A DNA stretch of 64,000 bases from Eledone cirrhosa (taxonomy: Eukaryota), in the NCBI GenBank assembly GCA_964016885.1, contig OZ024753.1, positions 13,950,001-14,014,000 of the forward strand. Direction: 5' to 3'. The number at the start of each line of letters is the position of its first letter. The stretch's first letter is position 1. Position numbers and translations under genes: made by a program. The notes below the pieces were generated by a model. That model was given only the letters and a program-made list of their open reading frames with translations, searched no databases and was not told the origin of the DNA. Positions 50,433 through 63,065 of the stretch are shown one piece after another.

Positions 50433-50627
50433 GGGTGGTGGATTGGCAGTATCGGTAGAGGGTCGGGGGCCATACTTTGCAGCAAAGTGTCACGGCCCTT
50501 TATGGTTTGAGTTCAAATCCCGCCGAGGTTAACTTTGCCTGTCATCCTTACGGGGTCGATAAAATAAAGTACCAGTAATGTACTGGGGTAATTGCTGGCC
50601 TGGTGCCAAAAGTAGAAACAATTGTTT
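50433..50627 (+). mobile_element. Full-length Nin/Deu-domain SINE
   Basis: TSD ggaggtcgat at 50423-50432 and 50628-50637. Confidence 0.88.
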
Positions 50628-51054
50628 GGAGGTCGATAAAAGAAAGTACCAGTAATGCACTGTGTCGTTAATGGAATGATTCATAGCTCGCATGGTTAGC
50701 ACTCACACATATACATCGTTCTGGTTTGGTTTGTCAGTAACACCTGGCTTCACAACATACGCGGCATACACCTATATATATATATATATATATATACTTT
50801 TTCCTATTTCCCACTCTACTACCCTAAGTATTGAGTACTCTGGTGCGTTATGATCGATCTGGTTCGTTACCACTATTCCTTTGTTATATATAAATATAAC
50901 ATTTTCAATTTGTCAAAATATTTAAACGTAATGTTATAACTCTCTTATAACATTAAACGTAATATAACACTCTTATTGAGTGCTTTACTACTCATTCCTA
51001 ATTGTAGGTCGACTTTGCTTGGCCACAGCCAAAGCTTCGATTTTACTAAGTTTC

Positions 51055-51113
<59 letters not shown>

Positions 51114-51985
51114 TGGCTGCCAACTCGTTTTCAAGTACGGCCACTACTTTATATCCATGTAGGGGAACCCCAACCGATGCGCTGTACGAGTGTGACTTTT
51201 TAGTCCAGCCAGCGACTTGAAAACTGGTACAAACACTACACTTGTGACACTTATTGACACATAGTGCTGGACCCATGGTACCATGTGACGACAAGTGCAG
51301 AGAGATCTCCAGATATAAGGCAATGCCTGTGCCGTGAAGCTTTTATAGTGAGCAAAGGCACTGCACAAAGCCAGTCCCACTCTCTTAACCAAGATGATAT
51401 TTACCAAAAAGAAGAACATGTCAACATCATTGGATACCATCAGGGTTGCAGGTGTTATATCAGAGTTTTCCTTCTCCTAGAATTCTGCCTTGACAAAGGC
51501 TAAGGGGTCATCTCTCCCGGTGATTTTGGATGGCCATTGACTCTTACGAGCTCCTTTGCCCTTTGACAGGTTTTGTTTTTAGTCCTGCAGGATGTCCAAA
51601 GTCACCCTCCTCACCAAGAAACCTTGGTGGGGTTGCCAGTTTAGTCGCCAACGACCCGACCATGGGACAGGTTGTACTGGGATACATGTTACCAGTAGCA
51701 ACAACTGGTGACCTGACACCAACTCATCCACCCGAGCCAATGACGGAACTGCTAGAAAAAGCAGCCAAATCTCGTTCAAAGGACACGTTGGATAACTTAG
51801 TCCCGGGCTGTCTGTCACTGCACACTGGAAGAAAAACATGACGGGATGGTCACAGCTGGGGTGTCTTTCATCATAGGTCTACTCAACCAGGTTTAACCTG
51901 ATACTAAACAACATTATAACGCTTCACCAGCAATACCCTCAGTCAACTGTTTTAGTTGTACTCACACACACCCTCTCTCTCTCTC

Positions 51986-51991
51986 TATGTA

Positions 51992-52029
<38 letters not shown>

Positions 52030-52257
52030 CTGTATATATATATATATATGTGTATATATATATGTGTGTGTATGTATGTGTGTATGTATATATATATATA
52101 TAGTATATATATATGTGTATATATATGCACAGTATATATATATATATATATATACAGTATATATATATATATGTGTGTGTGTATATATATATATATAGTA
52201 TATATGTGTATATATATATATATATACAGTATATATATATGTGTGTGTATATATATA

Positions 52258-52308
<51 letters not shown>

Positions 52309-52577
52309 TATATATATATATATGTGTATATATATATGTGTGTGTATGTATGTGTGTATGTATATATATATATATAGTATATATATATGTGTATATATAT
52401 GCACAGTATATATATATATATATATACAGTATATATATATATGTGTGTGTGTGTATATATATATATATAGTATATATGTGTGTATATATATATATATATA
52501 CAGTATATATGTGTGTGTATATATATATGTGTGTGTATATATATATGTGTGTATATATATATATATGTGTGTATATA
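51986..52577. repeat. Degenerate (TA)/(TG) array with a ~275-bp internal duplication
   Basis: gtgtgtgtatgtatgtgtgtatg...tatagtata...gcacagta block at ~52064 and ~52338. Confidence 0.9.
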
Positions 52578-53804
52578 TAACTTTGAATAACTTTGAAATG
52601 TTTTGGCCAGTATTGGCCCAGGCCATGTCTAACTTAATAGCACCACCTGGCGAAGTCTTTCAATTCAGGATTTGGGCACCATGGCCCATTCGAGAAGAGA
52701 ATTACTGTTTGCGGAGACATATCCGGGTGTGTGTGGTTTGTCCGGGATTACTTGGAGGAATTTGTCCAAAGACTTCTTGAATTTTGTGTGGTCAGTTTCT
52801 GTTTTGACGTGTCCTGGTGTGATGTTGAAGAGAGCAGGGCCGATTGAGGTGAAATAATTGTGCCGTATTGTTGTTATGAGTTGCGATTTAGATTTTTGAA
52901 TGGGACGGATAGCACGGGGCCCAAGCCTTGGGTGTATCTTGAAGGCGATGCCAACATCATTTGGGCAGTGATGATGGAACATTTTCCACATCATGCAGAT
53001 AATATAACGCTCACGGCGACGTTGGAGTGAGTAAAGTTTCAGGTTTTCTAGTCGACCCCAGTAGTCAAGGTCTGACATGCCATCTATCTTTTTCGTGATT
53101 GCCCTTTGAGGAGCTTCAAGTTTCATGATACTTTGTTTCGTGTGGGGAGACCACAGTGGACAACAGTATTCAAGGTGTGGTCGGGCAAAAGTAGAGAACA
53201 GAAGGATAATGGTGTGGGAATCTCTCGACTGGAAGGTTCTGAGGATCCAGGAACACATTCTGCGGGCCATGTCAACTTTGCTGCTTATATGCGTGGCCCA
53301 GCTTATGTTGCTGTCCACGGTTACTCCCAAGTCTCTGATGTTGTTAGATGCCATGAGAGTTTCCCCGGAGGGAAGGGAGTACGGGAGTTTCAGAGCATCC
53401 TCTTTTCCAAAGTGGATCAGTTCGAATTTGTCTTCGTTCAGTAACATGTTGTTCTTTTCCGCCCATTGGGTAACAGCCAGTAGGTCTGACTGAAGGCTTA
53501 TCCGGTCATCCACGCCATTGATGACCTTTTGGAGCTTGGAATCATCAGCGAAAATTTTAATGTTGCTGTGTTTGATGATGCCAGTGATGTCATTAATATA
53601 GATGATGAAGAGAAGTGGGCCCAACACAGTGCCTTGTGGGACCCCCACTACTGACTTTGGCTGGGCTGGATTTGACTCCTTCAACTACAACATGTTGGGT
53701 TCTATTTGACAGGAAGCTCTTGATCCACTGCAGCAGCTTTCCAGTGACACCAATATTGGACAGCTTTCTCAGTAGAATGTTATGATCAACCCTGTCAAAG
53801 GCCT
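52578..53804 (-). mobile_element. CR1-type LINE family B, 5'-truncated copy (in GOLIM4 intron)
   Basis: ORF 52665-53684 near-identical to the other family B copies; same tail. Confidence 0.95.
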
Positions 53805-54080
53805 ATATATATACAGTATATATATATGTGTATATATATATGTGTGTGTATATATATGTGTGTGTATATATATATATATATATATGTGTGTGTATATATA
53901 TATATATGTGTATATATAGTTATATATATGTGTATATATAGTTATATATATATACAGTATATATATATATGTGTGTGTGTATATATATTGTATATATATA
54001 CATAATGTATATATATACATATATATATATATACATAATGTGTATATATATATTGTATATATATACATATATATATATAC

Positions 54081-54113
<33 letters not shown>

Positions 54114-54350
54114 CATATATATATACATATATATATATATATACATATATGTATATATATATGATATATATATGTATGTATATATGTATATATATATGTA
54201 TATTTGTATGTATATATGTATATATATATGTATATATATATATGTATATACATATATGTATATACATATATGTAAATACATATATATATACACATATATA
54301 TATATACATATATATATATACACACATATACTGTATATATATCTATATAT
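53805..54350. repeat. Degenerate (TA)n array
   Basis: Direct inspection. Confidence 0.93.
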
Positions 54351-55966
54351 TGACTCCCTCACTTTCCCACCCGGCCCACACTCCCTCCTCTCCACCCTAG
54401 TCATTAAGTCACTTTACACCGTCATCCCCCACGCCAACGGCCTACGCGCCCTCCGGCACTACCTCGACCTTCGCCCCTCCCCCATCCCATCCCCCTCCAA
54501 CCCTCCCTCGCCTCGCCGAGCTGGTCCTCACCCTTAACTGCTTCTCCTTCTCGGGTGAGTTTTACCAGGAGGTCACTGGGGTAGCCATGGGCACAAGAAT
54601 GGGCCCCAACTATGCCAACCTTTTCGTTGGCCATGTTGAGGCCCAAATCTTTGCCCAGAATACCGGCCCCACGCCCGAACTGCACGGTCGGTACATCGAC
54701 GACTGCATCGGAGTCGCGACCCTCACCCGAGAGAACAGCTCGACTCCTTTCTCTCCTTCTTCTGCTCCTTCCACCCCTCTCTCCCTCCACTTCTCCACCA
54801 CCCGCGTCCACTTCTTCGACATCTCCGTCGCCATCGACCCCATCCCACCGCTCCCTCATCACCTCCGCCTTCTTCAAACCCACCTCCTCCCACTCCCACC
54901 TCAACTTCACCTCCTCCCACTCCGATTTCACCTCCTCCCACCAAACACTCCATTCCCTACTCCCAACTCCTCAGGATCTGCCACCTCTGCAGCCGAGATG
55001 CTGACTTCGAGACTCAGGCCCTGTCTCTGGTCAGCCATTTCACCCTCCCCCTCCCTCGTCCACGCCGCCCTCACTCGTGCCCGAGCACTCCACCGCCCTC
55101 AACCCATTCCCCCTTCCCCCACCCGTCGTCTCCCCTTCCCCCACCTACCATCCCTCCACCTTACCCCTCCACTGCACCGTCTGACCACTCCACCCCTCCC
55201 CTTCAAATGCGTGCGCAACCTCCTCGTCTGCAGCTCCCTACCCCCGACCCCTGGACACTCCGCCCACCACCTCACCGTCTGTGGCCTGATCGAATGCCAT
55301 CGGACACCCGCCCCACAGTCACGCAACACACCACCTTCAGCCTACAGACCCACACACTCCTCGGCCTGAACTCCTCACCCCTCTTCCTTTAGCCCCCACC
55401 CCACCCTTACTAACACCACTAAAACACTCCCTAGTTTCACTGACCCTTCTACTTCCAGCCACCCCCCACCCCACAACTAATAATATTAACACCCCCCAAC
55501 CTCCCCCTATCACGCGCACCCGCACCCTCAACACACACACACATCAGGACCTATATACACTCCACCACACACACACCAGTACATTACACTCACTCATACT
55601 GTCCCCAGCACCTTCTCTCTCTCCTCGCACTACCCACACACACACATATTATTAAGCCCCCCCATCACACACACACCGCCACACTCTCCGCCACACTCTC
55701 CCCCTAGCTTTCACACATACCCACCCCTTCCCCTGTCCACCACACCTCCGCACACACACATACACACATTCCACACCACATACAGACCATCTCTAACACC
55801 CATCCGTCTGTCACCTTCCACCCTACCACTGCCCGTCTGTCACCTTCCTCTCTGTCACCTTCCATACCAAGGGTTCTACACCACTGGCCCCCCACTCCAG
55901 GCATCCACCCTACTATACTTGGAATTTTCAACATCCATTCCTATACTCTGCGGGAAAACAGTCAGG

Positions 55967-56006
<40 letters not shown>

Positions 56007-56430
56007 GGCTTACACTATTTTAGCGCACACACAACCATACACCCACAGCACACAAAAATACACACACACTCAGCCTCCGTGCGTATCCTCACACACACAC
56101 ACACACACTGACTGACTCACACCCCACCACATGTACACACCACCTTCCGCCCTCCCTGTCTCCCACTCCCCTCTCCTCCACCACCACCCCACACACCTCA
56201 CTCTTTCACCGCTTGTTTCCTTTTAATTTTTTTACCCTCTTTTTAATCCCCCCCCTTTAATGTCTTTCCACCAGTCCCCCTCACACCCTCGAAACTCTTT
56301 TCCTTCCCACTTTTCTCCTGATGAAGGGCTTATGCCCGAAACCTCCCCCCCCCCTACTCATGCGTGAACCTAATACTATCACTTTGTACTGCACTCTTCG
56401 TTATTGTTTTTGTTTTCTGTTTTAACTATT
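54351..56430 (+). mobile_element. Degraded C-rich Penelope-like element with hammerhead remnant in its 3' pLTR
   Basis: [16 protein letters not shown]; GVAMGTRMGPNYANLFVG; RYIDDCIG; CTGATGAagggcttatgcccGAAAc at 56318-56342. Confidence 0.8.
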
Positions 56431-56445
56431 ATATATATATATATA

Positions 56446-57150
56446 TCATCATCATCTAACGTCCATCTTCCAAGCTAGCATGAGTTAGACGGGCGTTGTC
56501 CCACGTGAGGCAAGATTGGTTGTCTTGCTCGTATAGGACTGTCTGGCAGGTTTTCTATGGCTGGATGCCCTTCCTAACACCAACCATGTTTACAGTGTGG
56601 ACTGGGAGGTTTTTACCGTGTTACCTACACGGCCACATTACAGTGTGGACTGTGTTTTTTTTGTCGTGACACCTACACGACCCCATTTATCTAGGACTGG
56701 ATGTTGTGGTACCAACATAACTTTACATTGAAAGGGGTGGTTTGGATGGGGTGGGGGTAGTGGGATGGGGTGTGTGTTTTTGTTAGAGGTGCCTACTGAC
56801 TGTAGGTTTCGCTTTGTAATTAGGTAAGGCGGGTCTTCTGTATTATTCTGTAGCGCCAAAGATCTCGGTCCAGTGACATTGTCTTGGAGAGGTGTAAGTG
56901 TGTGAGGTCGGAATTTATCAAGTCGTCCCAGGTTTTTCTGGGTCTGCCTACTCCGTCTATTTTTATCGCCCTGCACTTTTTTATACAGTTGTCGTCTTTC
57001 ATGCGCATCACGTGACCGTACCAACGTAGTCTTCTCTCGAGTAAACATCATCTGATCCCTCTTATTCCTAATTTCTCCCTTAGCTCGTTTATGCTTTGCC
57101 GTTCACGTATATTACTATTACACATCCAATGGAGCATGCATGCTTCTCCG
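56446..57150 (-). mobile_element. RTE-tailed SINE-like element (56446-~56690) plus RTE LINE 3' fragment (~56820-57150)
   Basis: (CAT)n tail and ggatgcccttcctaacaccaacc body; RRLRWYGHVMRM...GRPRKTW. Confidence 0.7.
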
Positions 57151-57176
57151 CTGGATGTGTAATATATATATATTAA

Positions 57177-57368
57177 TAATTGTTTCTACTTTTGGCACAA
57201 GGCCAGCAATTACCCCAGTGTATTACTGGTACTTTATTTTATCGACCCCGTAAGGATGAAAGGCAAAGTTAACCTCGGCGGGATTTGAACTCAGAATGGA
57301 AAGGGATTTAACTCTTTGCTGCAAAGCATGGTGTCCGACCCTCTACCGATACTGCCAACCCACCACCC
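57177..57368 (-). mobile_element. Full-length Nin/Deu-domain SINE
   Basis: Reverse complement of 50433-50627; flanked by tatatatatattaataat on both sides. Confidence 0.88.
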
Positions 57369-57422
57369 TATATATATATTAATAATAATGAGTTGATGGA
57401 CCCAGCATATATATATATATAT

Positions 57423-57452
<30 letters not shown>

Positions 57453-57461
<9 letters not shown>

Positions 57462-57563
57462 GGGGAGTCCTTCATCAGGACCCTGACCCTCCAACCGTCC
57501 CAGGCATTTCATCGCTTTAAGGGCGGTTGGAGGGTCACTGATGAAGGACTCCCCCCCTTTTTT
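57453..57563. repeat. 111-bp hairpin (inverted repeat) in (TA)n
   Basis: Perfect 26-bp outer arms and 17-bp inner arms. Confidence 0.9.
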
Positions 57564-57600
57564 ATATGTAACCCATTTGCAACGCCGCAGCTCCATTATT

Positions 57601-57656
<56 letters not shown>

Positions 57657-57915
57657 CAAAGGGGATATTCAATTTGCTGGTAATTCAACAATAAATGTTT
57701 ATAACTGATTCAGAGCCTCAAAATGATATTAAATAAATGGAAACGAAGGAAGTGTGGTAAGAAACCAGGTGGACCATAAGGCACCAGAGTACTCAATACT
57801 TAGGGTAGTAGAGTGGGTAATAGGAAAATGTTCAACCCCGGAGGCAGAGCTCAAGCTGTTTCGACGGCTATTTCTGGACTAAATTAAATTTTTAGCGTGC
57901 TAATAAATAGCCCAT

Positions 57916-60380
57916 ATCATCATCATCATCATCATTTTACGTCCGCTTTTACCTGTTTGCAAGGGTGGCACGGGTCTTATTCAGCACAGCATCTCTCCAC
58001 TTGTCACGGTCTTTCGTCATCTCCACCGTGAGCTTCAGCGATCTGAGGTCTGCTCTCACCACCTCCACCCATGTTTTTCGTGGTCTTCCTTCATCCTTCA
58101 ACTGGTATTTCCTGGCACTTCTTTACCCAACGGTCATCCTCCATGCACATCACATGTCCAAACCATCACAGTCTCCTCCCCCGCACACTACAATTATCCC
58201 TCTCAGACACAGTTTCTTTCTCAACACATCCATGCTTGGTCGTTCACGCACATTGACATTGCACATCCAACGGAGCATGCTTGCCTCATTTCTCTCCAGC
58301 TGTCGCATATTCTCTGCAGTTGCTGCCTATGTCTCACTACCATGCAACATTGCGCTCTTCACACAGGCATCATATAACTGGCCTTTCGTACGCAGGGAGA
58401 AACTCTTCTTCGTCAGCAGAGGAAGCAGCTCCCTAAACTTCTTTCAACCCGTCCTTATTCTAGATACTATGGCCTCGGATCACCCCCCTCCCATGCTAAT
58501 CTGATCACCTAGGTACCAGAAGCTATCAACCACTTCTATTGCACTCACCTTTATTTGAAAAATGTGTCTATCAATGCAACTTCTACTGTCAAATTTCCCT
58601 GTACATCTACTGCATAAGTATTTCTCTCTACCTGTTAGTTTGCCTGCTATCCCACTACATATCTTGTGTACCCAAGATGTGCATTGTGTACATTTTATAG
58701 AATGCACCAGTTCCTTTTCTGCATATTAAACATGGTCATTTCCCTGACGGAATCAGAGTTTTGTCCTCTTTTCTACTCATCAACACTTAGCTGGGTTCAC
58801 TCTCAGTCTTGCTTCCAACTGCTGTTACCATAGCCAGAATTTATTCTCTAGCTCCTTTACTGATTCTGCTATAAGAACCAGATCGTCAGCATAGAGAAGT
58901 TCCCATGGACAGCCAGTCTTAAACTCCTCTGTTATGGCTTGGAGGACTATAATGAACAAGAGCGGGTTGAGGACTGAACCCTGATGTACTCCTACTTGTA
59001 TCTGGAATTCCTCACTAAACTCCATTCCTACCCTCACTCTACTGACAGCACATCTGTACAAAGCTTGCACTGTCCTCACAAGCCATTCCTCAACTCCTAG
59101 TTTCCTTAGGGACCACCAGATGACAGATTGGGGTACCCTATCAAAGGCCTTCTCTAGGTCAATAAAAGCTAAGTATAGTGGCTTATTCTTCTCTAAGAAC
59201 CTCTCTTGTAATTGTCTCACTACGAAGAGGGCATCTGTTGTACTTTTCCCAGGCACAAAACCAAACTGCATCTCATATAGTTTGACCCTTTCTCTAATTA
59301 GTTGTGCTAACATCCTTTCTGCCACTTTCATAATCTGATCCATCAGTTTTATGGTCCTATAATTGCTCCTCTCCAGAGCATCCCCTTTACCTTTGTAGCA
59401 ATTTATGAGAATACTGCTGCACCAGTCTTTGGGTATGACATTGCTATATATAGCCTGATTGATGATGCGTGCAACCAGTTTAGTGCCTACATCCCCTGAT
59501 GCCTTCAGCATCTCAGCAACTATCCCTGACAGTCCAGCGGCCTTACCATATTTCATTTCCTTAATTGCCTCTTGGACCCTATATTCATCAATCTTAGTAG
59601 CTGGTCCCTCTGTCGGATCTACTGGGGTGTAATTTCTCTCTCTCCCATTCGTTCTCCACATTCACCAATCTCTCATAATGACATTTCCAGGCCTCCTTTT
59701 TCTGATCATTCATGCCATTAAGTACACCGGCATCATACCAGACACATTTATCTCCAACAACATCCTGATTTGCACTGACACACTGCCTTGCAATGCAGAA
59801 TACCGCATGTTTCTGATCTTCCCGTCGCAGAACATTGGCAAACCTCCTTCTCTCAGCCTCCCTGTGTGCTAAGTACACCTGACGTCTAGCTTCTCTCTTA
59901 GCGGCTGTATATCCTTCTCTACTCCCACCATTTTTCCAAGCATTACATGCTAGTCTTTTATCTCTAATGGCCTTATCTACTGTGCTGTTCCACCACCAGG
60001 TCACTCTTTGTCTGGTTGGAGCTCTGCTCCAGCCACAATTTTCTTCATTAGCCTGCAGTAAGTTGTCACGTAAGAAATTGCAGTTATCATCTATGTCATA
60101 CAACTCTAAATCATCTTCTTTTTCATCATACACATCTTGAAGGGCTTTCCTAAATTTATATTTTAGTGAAAGGTCTTTTAGCTTTCTTCGCCACACCTTC
60201 CTGTATGTCTCATTCTGTCTCTTGCTTACTGAGATATCACTAATGACTAACCTATGCTGTGGGGTACATTCTTCCCTGGGGTATGCCTTGGTATTTGACA
60301 CCATCTGTCTGTCCCGCTGCCTAACTAACAAGAAGTCAATCTGGCTTATGTGCTCGCCTGATTTGTAGGTTATTAGGTGT
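57916..60380 (-). mobile_element. 5'-truncated RTE-clade LINE (APE end, RT, PHD finger, C-terminus), degraded
   Basis: QIDF, PQHRLV, TWWWN, NYRTIKL, QFGF, FIDLEKAFDRV, GVHQGSVL, YADD, DSFWYLGD; (GAT)n tail; frameshifts and stops. Confidence 0.92.
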
Positions 60381-60423
60381 TAACAGGTGTGTGCAAAAGG
60401 AATTTATATGTATATATATATAT

Positions 60424-60560
60424 ATCAAATTTCATATAGAAATGGCTTCTACAGGACTAGAACTGTTTCATTCATCAGAAATCATCAGGACTTTCTTGAT
60501 GATTTCTACTGAATGAAACAGTTCTAGTCCTGTAGAAGCCATTTCTATATTAAACTTGAT
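60424..60560. repeat. Inverted repeat (~65-bp arms) of a pLTR-like sequence with hammerhead-like cores
   Basis: atatagaaatggcttctacaggactagaactgtttcattca / tgaatgaaacagttctagtcctgtagaagccatttctatat; related to 47717-47810. Confidence 0.8.
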
Positions 60561-61254
60561 GTTTATACTCTACTAATGTCTTGAGTACCTTTCTAACTGT
60601 GGTTACCTCCGATTAAACCCGGGGCACACACAGACACACACATATATAATAGTAATATTAATGAGAGCAAATTTTACTCATTTACTATGTTTTTTTTAGC
60701 TCAATGCAATGATAGGATAATGCAGAGCTATTATAGAGTTACAGTTTGTTTACAAACCAAAGAATTTAAACTCTTAAATTCTTTGGTTTGTAAACAAACT
60801 AACTATATATATATCATTATCACCGTTTAGCATCCTTTTACCATGCCTGCATGGATTAGATCGGTTGTCCACGCCAGGAGGTATGTCTGGCTATAGTTGG
60901 CCATGTTGCACCATGCTCTGGTGAGGACTGTAAATTTGGCAGGGTATTTTACAACTGGATGCCCTTCCTAACACCAACCACATTTTCAGTGTGGAACACT
61001 ATGGCTCTGTTGGGAGGAGGGACAAGCCAGTTGGCTGTGCGGAACCTGTCTCACAACTGAACCATAGTTTTGGAGCTGGACACATCTCACAGAGGAACCA
61101 TAGTTTCGGAGCTGGTACTGGATGGCACCGTTAGGAGGAGCCTAACCCTATATATACGTTAAACAAACATGAATGGACCTGTTATTTTTATCTAAAGAAA
61201 CTTTTTCCAATTCTAACCCACCTGTCCCTTCAATCTATCTTATTTCTCATTCTT

Positions 61255-61290
61255 TCTTCTGATGAAGGACTAGTGTCCAAAACGTCAAGA
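61255..61290 (+). ncRNA. Minimal hammerhead motif with GAAA>AAAA substitution
   Basis: tctt-CTGATGA-aggactagtgtcc-AAAA-cg-TC-aaga. Confidence 0.5.
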
Positions 61291-61377
61291 CCATCTTCCT
61301 GCTATTTCAAGTATTAACCTAATATATTCCTTTCATATACTGTACCGATTGTGTTGTTATTTCTGTTTACCTTTTTC

Positions 61378-61434
<57 letters not shown>

Positions 61435-61504
61435 GATACACACACCTATGGTTCCCAACCTGGTTCGGCAAATGTAAATTACTATACATACATATATCCA
61501 GACC

Positions 61505-62085
61505 TTACTGTAAAGTGGTCATGTAGGTGTCACAATGAAAAGCACCCAGTCTACACTATAAAGTGGTTATACTGGTGTCACAATGAAAAGCACCCAGTCC
61601 ACACTGTAAAGTGGTCATGTAGGTGTTACAACAAAAAGCACCCAGTCTACACTATAAAGTGGTTATACTGGTGTCACAATGAAAAGCACCCAGTCCATTC
61701 TGTAAAGTGGTCATGTAGGTGTCATGACAAAAAGCACCCGGTCCACACTGTAAAGTGATCATGTAGGTGTCACAACAAAAAGCACCCGGTCCACACTGTA
61801 AAGTGATCGTGTAGGTGTCACAACAAAAAACACCCAGTCCACACTGTAAAGTGGACATGTATGTGTCACAACAAAAAACACCCAGTCCACACTGTAAAGT
61901 GATCATGTAGGTGTCACAACAATAAGCACCCAGTCCACACTGTAAAGTGATCATGTAGGTGTCACAACAAAAAATACCCAGTCCACACTGTGAAGTGATC
62001 ATGTAGGTGTCACGACAAAAGCACCCAGTCCACACTGTAAAGTGGTCGAGTTGGTGACACGATAAAAAGCACATAGTCAACGCTG
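61505..62085. repeat. 48-bp minisatellite (~12 copies) inside an RTE-tailed SINE ending ~62253
   Basis: gtccacactgtaaagtgatcatgtaggtgtcacaacaaaaagcaccc unit; then ggttggcactaggaagggcatcc and a (GAT)n tail. Confidence 0.9.
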
Positions 62086-62433
62086 TAAAGAAGGTTGGCA
62101 CTAGGAAGGGCATCCTGCTGTAGAAACCAGGCCAAAATCTGTTCTGTGTGAGCTAAACATCCTCCTCTGATCTGGCTTGTCTCACAACAGTACCGCTTGT
62201 CTAACCCATGCTAGCATGGAAAATGGACGTTAAATAATGAGGATGATGATGATATATATCATCATCATTGTCGTCGTTTAATGTCCACATTCCTCACTAG
62301 CATAGGTTAGACTGTTGGGATGTCCTGAAAGTTAGAAGGGAGTGGGCACTCAAAGCAAAAATTTACATATTTTTTTAGTCCACTCCCTTCCACCCAAAAT
62401 TACCTCAGAAATGTTATCTTTTAATCAATTTTT

Positions 62434-62481
62434 GCTGTCTGATGAAATCACGATGTCTACCATTGAAATACGTTTAACGGC
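62434..62481 (+). ncRNA. Hammerhead ribozyme motif, intact core
   Basis: gctgt-CTGATGA-aat...att-GAAA-tacgtt-TA-acggc followed by AATAAA; same type as 30020-30094. Confidence 0.55.
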
Positions 62482-62671
62482 TCAATTAATAAAAGACCCT
62501 AACATCTTCAACTTCGCATTTTCCTCTTTATTAGTATACTCCTTCATCCTTGTTTTTAGGAAGTAGTATGACGTTGAGTGCTAGAAGTGAATTGCATCCC
62601 TATATACCGAATATATATATATTTACTCAGCTGTAGAAATGAGATGATAGGGACTGGGGACCCTATCATTC

Positions 62672-62835
62672 CACTGCAAAGTGGTCGTGGAGGTGTCAGG
62701 GCAAAAAAAGCACCCAGCACCCACTGTAAAGTGGACGTGTGGGTACCACGGAAAAAAAGCACCCAGCACTCACTGTAAAGTGGATGTGTAGGGGCCACAG
62801 AAAAAAAGCACCCAGCACTCACTGTAAATGAGGTT
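62672..62835. repeat. ~50-bp tandem repeat x3, related to 61505-62085
   Basis: cactgtaaagtgg...aaaaaaagcacccagcact unit. Confidence 0.8.
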
Positions 62836-63065
62836 GGTGTTACTGTAGAAATCAAGCCAGAATCAGTTCCTGTCCCACCCTTGCAAACAGGGAAAAGCAG
62901 ACGTAAAATGATGATGGTGATGACGATGATGATGATATCACCATTTTATATCTCTTTTCCACACTGGCATGGGTTAGACTGGTTGCTACGGGGTCTGAAA
63001 CTTGACATGTCGGAGCAACCAATTTTGCTTCTGGCATTCCTTATTTAGCATGGGTTTCACAGCAG

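Noticed and set aside
55380-56300. Extreme C/A bias as a special mutational process
   Set aside because: Such Penelope families are natively C-rich on the sense strand; CA-repeat decay or low consensus quality suffices
57850-57925. Hammerhead-like remnants here and at ~15111-15161 (minus)
   Set aside because: Core or stem I incomplete; TGATGA at 57916 may derive simply from the RTE tail
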